A stretch of 64,000 nt of DNA from a bacterium (GTDB lineage Bacteria; Zhuqueibacterota; QNDG01): positions 8,105 to 72,104 of the forward strand of contig JAGGVB010000176.1 in assembly GCA_021158245.1 (NCBI GenBank), read 5' to 3'. The notes under the pieces are model-generated. The model was not told where the DNA came from and ran no database searches. It worked only from the letters and a program-made list of their open reading frames with translations. This document shows, piece after piece, positions 57,619 to 64,000 of the stretch; within the stretch, counting starts at the first letter, position 1; every line of letters starts with the position of its first letter. A program made the translations under genes and the position numbers.

Positions 57619-58545
57619 GTGTCAATAATACTTGACGATTTTACAATTAATTACGGTTCGTTCTGTGCAGTAGACCATCTGACATTTAAGCTGCCTGAGG
57701 GAACAACAGGTTTGCTTGGTCCGAACGGCGCAGGAAAGTCAAGTCTTATAAAGGGGTTATTGGGCCTTATTGAAAGCACAGAAGGCAGCGCCAGAATAAT
57801 GGGTAATGATATAAAGGCAAGGAAAAAATATATAAGGCAATTAATTGGATACATGCCTGAGGATAATTGCCTTGTGCCCGGATTAACAGGTGTCGGAATG
57901 GTTCAGTATGCAGGAGAACTTTGCGGCATGTCAAGGCAGAACGCAATACAGAGGGCTCATGAAATTTTGTATCTTGTCGGCCTGGAGGAAGCCAGATACA
58001 GAAAGGTTGAGTCTTTTTCTGCAGGTATGCGGCAGAGAATAAAGCTTGCGCAGGCTCTTGTACACGATCCGAAGTTTTTATTCCTTGATGAACCAACAAG
58101 TGGTATGGATCCCAAAGGCAGACAGGAGATGCTTGATCTTATAGTCGAGATAGCTGATAAAGGGCGGATGAGTGTTTTGGTTGCTACTCATATCCTGACA
58201 GATGTTGAAAGAACCTGTGAAAGAGTTGTTATTATGCACCGTGGAAAAATTGTTGAGAATTCCGGTGTTGATGAAGTAAGGAAAAGCTATGCCAATACTT
58301 ACAGTGTGCGTGTGACGTCCAATACTGACAAATTTCTTGAGTGTTTAAAAAGGAATAAATGCAAGATTACTGATTCAGGCAAAGGTATTTATGATGTGAC
58401 ACTTGCTGAAAAAACTGATACTAATGTGATTTTACGTGCTGCAAAAGAGACTGATGCGGAATTACGGAAACTTGTACCAAGTGTGCGGAGCCTTGAGGAT
58501 GTGTTTATAAAAAGAATTTTGGAGGGTACAAGTGCCGATATTTAA
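57619..58545 (+). CDS. ABC transporter ATP-binding protein (ABC-2 subfamily), GTG start.
   Basis: Walker A GPNGAGKSS, signature FSAGMRQRIKLAQAL and Walker B FLFLDEPTSGMD. 308 aa. Confidence 0.9.
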   Translation: MSIILDDFTINYGSFCAVDHLTFKLPEGTTGLLGPNGAGKSSLIKGLLGLIESTEGSARIMGNDIKARKKYIRQLIGYMPEDNCLVPGLTGVGMVQYAGELCGMSRQNAIQRAHEILYLVGLEEARYRKVESFSAGMRQRIKLAQALVHDPKFLFLDEPTSGMDPKGRQEMLDLIVEIADKGRMSVLVATHILTDVERTCERVVIMHRGKIVENSGVDEVRKSYANTYSVRVTSNTDKFLECLKRNKCKITDSGKGIYDVTLAEKTDTNVILRAAKETDAELRKLVPSVRSLEDVFIKRILEGTSADI

Positions 58546-59380
58546 AGAATCTTATCATACATGGGAGGGGTATCTTGAAGAGAAGCCGCGTACATGGCTG
58601 GTTATTGCAAAAACCGGAATAAAGCTTGCATGGACAAAGGGGCTTATAATAATTTTGATACTTGGCAGTATCCCTCTTATTGTCGGAGCGGTAAAACTTT
58701 TTCTGTTCTCAAAGGTACAGGATGTCGGGATTATGACCCCTTCGGTTAAAAAGATAGTGCAGGATGTACAATTCTTTTCGAATTTTCTAAAAGGGCAGAT
58801 GTTTTATTTAATTCTGGTTTCAATATTTACAGGTGCAGGATTAATTGCAAAAGATAAAAAGCACAAGAGTTTCGGATTCTATTTTTCAAAACCTGTATCT
58901 TTTTGGGACTACATTGCCGGTAAATTCGGAGTTACAGGGAGTTATGCTTTCCTGATTACCGGTTTGCCTGCATTAATCCTCTTTGTTATTAAAGCGCTGA
59001 TAAGCAAGGATTCAACATTTATTAGCAATTATTACTACCTGATATTTTCCATACTCGGTGCTTCGATCTTGTCGATTTTTGTGATGTCAAGTATAGTCCT
59101 TGCTTTTTCCGCTATCTCGGGAAGTGTAAGAACAGCAGCGATATATTTTTTTACTTTTTTAATACTTCCGGACATAATCAGAAAAATATTTTCAAGTGTT
59201 TCTTTTGTGGGCCTTTTTTCCGTTACTGCTCTTTTAAAACAGGCCAATGCATATATTTTTAATGTTCAGGTTCCGTATGAATTTTCCTGTTTTTCCATGA
59301 CAGCAGCGTTATTCCTTATTATAATGCTGTCTCTGTGCATTTTAAAATTAAAAGTTCGTACAACAGAGGTGGTTACGTGA
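58532..59380 (+). CDS. ABC-2 type transporter permease.
   Basis: 6 predicted TM helices. Overlaps the upstream ATPase by 14 nt. Confidence 0.7.
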   Translation: MPIFKESYHTWEGYLEEKPRTWLVIAKTGIKLAWTKGLIIILILGSIPLIVGAVKLFLFSKVQDVGIMTPSVKKIVQDVQFFSNFLKGQMFYLILVSIFTGAGLIAKDKKHKSFGFYFSKPVSFWDYIAGKFGVTGSYAFLITGLPALILFVIKALISKDSTFISNYYYLIFSILGASILSIFVMSSIVLAFSAISGSVRTAAIYFFTFLILPDIIRKIFSSVSFVGLFSVTALLKQANAYIFNVQVPYEFSCFSMTAALFLIIMLSLCILKLKVRTTEVVT

Positions 59381-60294
59381 AAATTGAGACATTCAAACTG
59401 TCCAAATGGTACGGGCAGGTTATAGGCGTAAATAATCTTACCTGTTCTATTGAACCTGGTGTTACCGGCCTTCTGGGGCCTAATGGCGCAGGAAAGACAA
59501 CGCTGATAAAATTGCTAACAGGACAGTTACGGCCGAGTCAGGGCAGTGTCAGGATTAACGGTGAAGAAGTGTGGAATAATCACAATCTGTTCAAATATAT
59601 CGGATATGCACCTGAAAATGATGCATTCTGGCGATTTATGACAGGCGAACAGTTTGTATATTCTCTTACAAGAATGTATGGATTCAATCATAAAGATGCT
59701 CAGTCACTGACTTTGAAAGCGCTTGATGCAGTTGATATGAATGAGGGGAAGAGTAAAAAGATTGCCGGTTACAGCAAAGGAATGCGACAGAGAATCAAAA
59801 TTGCACAAGCCTTGAGTTCTGATCCTGATATACTGATTTTTGACGAACCGCTTAACGGTATGGACCCAATCGGCAGGCGTAAGACAATTGAAATTATTCG
59901 CAGAATAGGGCAGATGGGCAAGATTGTTATTGTTTCAAGCCATATTCTTCATGAAATTGAAGAGATGACAGATACAATAATTTTACTCTCTCACGGGAGA
60001 GTACTTGCTCAGGGGAACATTTATGAAATAAGAGAGTTAATAGACACACATCCCCTGAATGTTGTTATCAAGTGCAGCAATGTTGATATATTGACATCAA
60101 AATTGATGGAGTTTAAAGATGTCAGAAGTGTGCAGTTTGACAGGGAGCAGAATCAACTTATGGTGGAGACATTAAAACCTGATGAATTTCATAAACGTAT
60201 TCCCCAAATAGCCCTGGCAAATGATATAACAATTTATTCCCTTTATTCCCCTGACGAAAATCTGGAAGCTGTATTTTCATATCTAGTGAGGTAA
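59377..60294 (+). CDS. ABC transporter ATP-binding protein (second ATPase).
   Basis: Walker A GPNGAGKTT, signature YSKGMRQRIKIAQAL and Walker B LIFDEPLNGMD. I prefer the GTG at 59377 (GTGA overlap with the permease stop) over the in-frame ATG at 59335 inside the permease gene. Confidence 0.85.
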   Translation: MKIETFKLSKWYGQVIGVNNLTCSIEPGVTGLLGPNGAGKTTLIKLLTGQLRPSQGSVRINGEEVWNNHNLFKYIGYAPENDAFWRFMTGEQFVYSLTRMYGFNHKDAQSLTLKALDAVDMNEGKSKKIAGYSKGMRQRIKIAQALSSDPDILIFDEPLNGMDPIGRRKTIEIIRRIGQMGKIVIVSSHILHEIEEMTDTIILLSHGRVLAQGNIYEIRELIDTHPLNVVIKCSNVDILTSKLMEFKDVRSVQFDREQNQLMVETLKPDEFHKRIPQIALANDITIYSLYSPDENLEAVFSYLVR

Positions 60295-60298
60295 AATT

Positions 60299-61099
60299 AT
60301 GGGATTTCTAATAAATTTTTTTTTAATAAACTCGATTCACAATAAAAGATTTGTCGGAATTACAATACTTGGTATTGTTCCGGTATTTTTCACACTATTA
60401 TTTATAGTTTTACACCCCGGGTTATCCGGAGGAAATGTATCTTATGCCGGTTTATATCCCAAAATAAGCCTTCTTTTATATCTTCACTTCCTTTTGCCCC
60501 TTATTGCACTTTTTCTCGGCTCTGCAGTTATCGGCGATGAGAAGGATGACCAGACCTTGTCATATTTTTTAACCCGGCCGATTGCCCGCTGTAAAGTAGT
60601 TCTTATGAAGATATTCGCTGCGTGGGTAATGCTTTCAACTGTAATCATTATTTCTCTATTCCTCACTTATTCAATTTTAACATTATCAGAGGGTTTTACA
60701 GAGTGGAGTTCGTCACTAATGCTGTTTTTTAAATCAGCAGTGATTTTAATATTCGGAGCAGCTGTTTACCTTCCATTTTTTACATTGATCGGAGGGTTGA
60801 TAAAAAGGCCGGTTGTAGCAGGTCTGTTTTTTGTCTTCGGCTGGGAGGCGAGTGTAGCATTTATTCCCGGTAAATTAAGATATTTTACTATTGTACACTA
60901 TCTTCACAGAGTGTATCCATCACTGAACCAGAGCAGCAGTACAGTTTCTTTAAAAACGAATATTTTGAATTTTATAATGCCTGTAAAGAATATATCGCCA
61001 TTAACAGCAATAATTGTTCTTTTTGCAATTATTATTTTGTGTACATTTATTTCATCACATTTACTTTCAATTAAAGAGTACAAATTAGACCAGGTGTAG
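60299..61099 (+). CDS. ABC-2 type transporter permease (second).
   Basis: 6 predicted TM helices. 266 aa. Confidence 0.65.
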   Translation: MGFLINFFLINSIHNKRFVGITILGIVPVFFTLLFIVLHPGLSGGNVSYAGLYPKISLLLYLHFLLPLIALFLGSAVIGDEKDDQTLSYFLTRPIARCKVVLMKIFAAWVMLSTVIIISLFLTYSILTLSEGFTEWSSSLMLFFKSAVILIFGAAVYLPFFTLIGGLIKRPVVAGLFFVFGWEASVAFIPGKLRYFTIVHYLHRVYPSLNQSSSTVSLKTNILNFIMPVKNISPLTAIIVLFAIIILCTFISSHLLSIKEYKLDQV

Positions 61100-61431
61100 T
61101 TTAAGAATACAGAAAAAATACAATTTTTAATAAAAAAAACTTGATTTTATGAAAACATTTCATAAGTTATATTATAAGTATATCTTTGGAATAACTACTT
61201 ATTTATTGCTATGGCAAAATGAGGTGGGTAAACAGTAGTCTTTTATGCTATATTTTCGGTATTACAAGATATTTCTATTTATTATGCTCTTGCAATTTCC
61301 TATTATTTCATTCGGAAACAATGTAGAAAGGTAAAAATAACTATACTAAATTAAGGAGAAAAACAGAGGATAACCAGTACTGTTTTTGCAGTTGAAGCAG
61401 TTCATAACATTGAAAATACGAGGAGGAAGTT

Positions 61432-63282
61432 ATGGTGAAGAAAGATAATGTATCGAAGTTTTTTATTGTGGCAGTAACAATGTTATTTGTTATCGCTGCT
61501 GTTGGGCTGTTTGCAGGAACAAAGAGCGGCAAAACCAAAGCAAATACAGCTGAATGGAAGACAGTTTTGGAAGACAGTTTTGAAAGTTCGGATTTCCCTG
61601 ATCCATGGACTCGCGGTGGCACGAATTACACATGGGGAATGAATGACGCACAAGCGAGTGATGGTACATACAGCATCTGGTGTGCTGATAAAGCGCTTGG
61701 AGGTAATCCCCGCCGTAATCCTGTCCCTGGAAGCGGATATGCCGATAATATGGATGCCTCAATTGGTTATGGTCCAATTGATTTGAGAAACTGTACAGAT
61801 GCATTTATGTCGTTCGACATATGGAGAAAACTTTCTGATGAGGATAAGGTTGAAATTATTGCTACCAATAATGTAATAAAAGCAACTGTCATTTATCAGG
61901 GCGGACAGGGCGGATGGTTATCTGAAAAAATATCATTCGGCAACTGGAATGGTATAAATTTTCTGGGCCAAAAAAATGTTTTCGTAAAAATTCGTTTCTA
62001 TTCAAATGGAGCAGGGCATAATATCGGTGCATTTATTGATAATGTTGTTATTAAAAAATATTTTACAGGTTATCCCGACATTGCTGTTAAGACTTTAACT
62101 GTAGATCCTACTGTCGTGGCTAATGGTGAGCAGGTAATGCTGACTGGTGAAGTTACAAACCTGAGTGAGAATAGATCTCAAAGCAATATCATCAATTTTT
62201 ACGTATCGGAAGATCAGACAATAGATCCTTCAAATGACCCGCGTATTGGCAGCTTGCCGGTTCCTGAATTGGATAAAGATGAAGTTTTTGCTTTTTCTGA
62301 GGCTTTTTTTATTCCTGTAACATTGCCGACTGCAACTTATTATGTAGGTGGAATGCTTGATCCTGACAGTATTATGAATGAGGATGATAAATCCAATAAT
62401 ACATTTGTGTGTGCTTCCCAAGTTGTTGTAAGTGCACCAAAAGGCTGGGAAACAATTCTTTATGATGATTTCGAACAACCTTATCCGGAAACTTATGGCT
62501 GGAAAAGATATGCTGATAGTGGAAATTATACATGGAGTAGAGAGGAATTCAATTCGTCTGTTTTTGAAGGGCAATATAGCCTTTGGTGTGCTGGTAATTC
62601 TTTCAATGGAGCAAAAAGCTTGCATCCTTCTGATGGATATTCAAATGATATGGATACTTATTCTACATATGGACAATTTGACCTTACAGATGCTCTTGCA
62701 GCAGATATAAGCCTTTATGGATGGTATGAAATGCTGGGTAATGATAAATTTGAAATTTTGATTAATGCCGGAGCAGGCTTTGAAGGCTATAAATATAATG
62801 GGAGCAGCAATGGCTGGAATTATGCACAACTGGATCTTTCAGACTGGCCAGTTTATGGGAATCTTCTCGGATATAATTATGTAACATTTGCAATACGTTT
62901 CCGTAGTGATGGATCAGGAAATGCAGAGGGTGTTTATGTTGATAATGTTGTTATCAGAAAGCAGACCAGCACAGCAGTAGATGATAACCTGAAGAGTGTT
63001 CCTCAAACATTCGCATTACGCCAGAATTATCCGAATCCATTTAACCCGGAAACTGTAATAGGGTATGCTTTGCCAAGAGATTCTGAAGTCAAGATAACGG
63101 TTTTCAATATCTTCGGCCAAAAGGTAAGAACCCTTGTTAATCAGAAAGTAAAAGCAGGAAGCCACAAAGTTACATGGAATGGGACTGATAATTATGGTTT
63201 AAAGGTTTCAAGCGGTGTATACTTCTATAAAATTTCAGCAGGTGATTTCAGTGCAATGAAAAAGATGATTCTAGTTCAGTAA
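61432..63282 (+). CDS. Secreted protein with two copies of a ~180-aa domain, an intervening CARDB-like domain and a type IX secretion system C-terminal sorting domain.
   Basis: Signal peptide. Internal repeat (W.T.L.D.FE...YTW...G.YS.WCA...NP...GY.N.MD...YG..DL...DK.EI...IRF.S.G.G...DNVVI.K) at about aa 50-230 and 340-510. The C-terminus FALRQNYPNPFNPETVIGYALPRDSEVKITVFNIFGQKVRTL...SGVYFYKISAGDFSAMKKMILVQ matches the Por/T9SS CTD. AGGAGG RBS upstream. Confidence 0.8.
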   Translation: MVKKDNVSKFFIVAVTMLFVIAAVGLFAGTKSGKTKANTAEWKTVLEDSFESSDFPDPWTRGGTNYTWGMNDAQASDGTYSIWCADKALGGNPRRNPVPGSGYADNMDASIGYGPIDLRNCTDAFMSFDIWRKLSDEDKVEIIATNNVIKATVIYQGGQGGWLSEKISFGNWNGINFLGQKNVFVKIRFYSNGAGHNIGAFIDNVVIKKYFTGYPDIAVKTLTVDPTVVANGEQVMLTGEVTNLSENRSQSNIINFYVSEDQTIDPSNDPRIGSLPVPELDKDEVFAFSEAFFIPVTLPTATYYVGGMLDPDSIMNEDDKSNNTFVCASQVVVSAPKGWETILYDDFEQPYPETYGWKRYADSGNYTWSREEFNSSVFEGQYSLWCAGNSFNGAKSLHPSDGYSNDMDTYSTYGQFDLTDALAADISLYGWYEMLGNDKFEILINAGAGFEGYKYNGSSNGWNYAQLDLSDWPVYGNLLGYNYVTFAIRFRSDGSGNAEGVYVDNVVIRKQTSTAVDDNLKSVPQTFALRQNYPNPFNPETVIGYALPRDSEVKITVFNIFGQKVRTLVNQKVKAGSHKVTWNGTDNYGLKVSSGVYFYKISAGDFSAMKKMILVQ

Positions 63283-63310
63283 TTACCTGAAGTTGAGATA
63301 ATCATTAAAG

Positions 63311-63343
63311 CTGCCGGATCTGTTTAAGTTCCGGCAGTTTTTT
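63311..63343 (+). terminator. Rho-independent terminator after the T9SS cargo gene.
   Basis: Perfect 8-bp stem ctgccgga/tccggcag with an 11-nt loop, followed by tttttt. Confidence 0.6.
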
Positions 63344-63424
63344 ATACTCGGATGAAGAATTAAAAGATAAAAAGATGTTGACTTTTTATTCAATTTTATT
63401 ATACTTACAAAGGATAGCAGGACA

Positions 63425-63901
63425 GTGACAAGGAGTTTGGTTATGAATAAGTTTAAAATATTTTTTACAGCTTCTGTTTTCATAATAGTTCTCCCGTTTG
63501 CTGCATTAAAAGCACAGACAGCATCCAAATCCAGTCTTTTTAATACTTCTTCCATTGTAAGTAAGCCGACAGGCTTTCTGGACAAACTTCTTTCTTCTTC
63601 AAAATTTCATATGTCCCATAGTTATTCAATGGAATTTTTTTCAATGGGCTCACAAAGTGCAGGCCTGGGCCTGTACACAAATAAAATATCTCTGCAGCTT
63701 GCAGCACCCTTATCTGCACAAGTTAAGATCGGATATGCTCATCCGATTTCCGGTTTGGGTATGAATTCTTTTGCACCCGGAGGAAACCTTTTTCTGCAGC
63801 AGGCAACAATAAAATACCAGCCGATAGAAAATATGCAGATCAGGGTTGATTACAGATCGTATCCGGCAGGATATTTTATGCCTTTTTATGGTATGAGGTA
63901 G
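63425..63901 (+). CDS. Hypothetical secreted protein, possibly a small beta-barrel/outer-membrane protein.
   Basis: Signal peptide MNKFKIFFTASVFIIVLPFAALKAQ with alternating hydrophobic patterns and a terminal aromatic-rich C-terminus (YFMPFYGMR). 158 aa. Confidence 0.45.
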   Translation: MTRSLVMNKFKIFFTASVFIIVLPFAALKAQTASKSSLFNTSSIVSKPTGFLDKLLSSSKFHMSHSYSMEFFSMGSQSAGLGLYTNKISLQLAAPLSAQVKIGYAHPISGLGMNSFAPGGNLFLQQATIKYQPIENMQIRVDYRSYPAGYFMPFYGMR

Positions 63902-63955
63902 AAGTGCTGCTGCATGCCCGAAATCTTTATTATAATCAGTTTGTAATAGCTGGGG

Positions 63956-63981
63956 CCGAGAAAATAATTCTCGGTTTTTTT
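63956..63981 (+). terminator. Rho-independent terminator.
   Basis: 7-bp stem ccgagaa/ttctcgg with a 5-nt loop, followed by ttttttt. Confidence 0.55.
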
Positions 63982-64000
63982 ATAACAAATTTAACAGGAG

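Noticed and set aside
63283-63585. 100-aa minus-strand ORF downstream of the T9SS cargo gene.
   Set aside because: It overlaps the strong plus-strand terminator hairpin and the start of the 63425 ORF. Its composition is atypical and it has no RBS, so it is probably spurious.

Overview
This 64 kb window looks like a chromosomal segment from a moderately AT-rich (about 40% GC by eye) bacterium of the FCB group. The lineage guess rests on a secreted protein with a type IX secretion C-terminal sorting domain and a loose lipobox. Genes are densely packed with short intergenic gaps and many 4-nt start/stop overlaps.

Most genes are housekeeping: obg, dprA, glnS, gdhA, valS, recG, purE, accA, pckA, era, ttcA and comEC.

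Three accessory blocks stand out:
- An L-arabinose catabolic locus on the minus strand (LacI regulator, araB, araD, a FucI-family isomerase in the araA position, a sodium:solute symporter).
- A co-directional envelope-glycosylation block at 29.2-38.4 kb. It combines a DUF2723/TMEM260-like GT-C membrane protein with a C-terminal TPR array, two GT2 enzymes, a flippase-like UPF0104 membrane protein and a soluble DPM1/Ppm1-like polyprenol-phosphate hexose synthase. I read this as a candidate undescribed lipid-linked protein O-glycosylation (O-mannosylation-like) system.
- A 2-ATPase + 2-permease ABC-2 transporter next to a type IX secretion cargo protein built from an internally duplicated domain.

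Other unusual architectures include GlnRS with a C-terminal tRNA_bind (Trbp111/EMAP-like) domain, a 1002-aa receiver-like + PPDK_N (PEP-utilizer ATP-grasp) protein, and a GT2 fused to a phosphoglycosyl-transferase-like domain that appears to have lost its catalytic motifs. I also saw tandem NhaC-family antiporter paralogs, a Trm112-like ORF absent from the 60-aa-cutoff track, and a decayed TPR gene remnant.

I found no rRNA, tRNA, CRISPR array, transposase or integrase. All family assignments come from motif recognition by eye and need HMM or BLAST confirmation.
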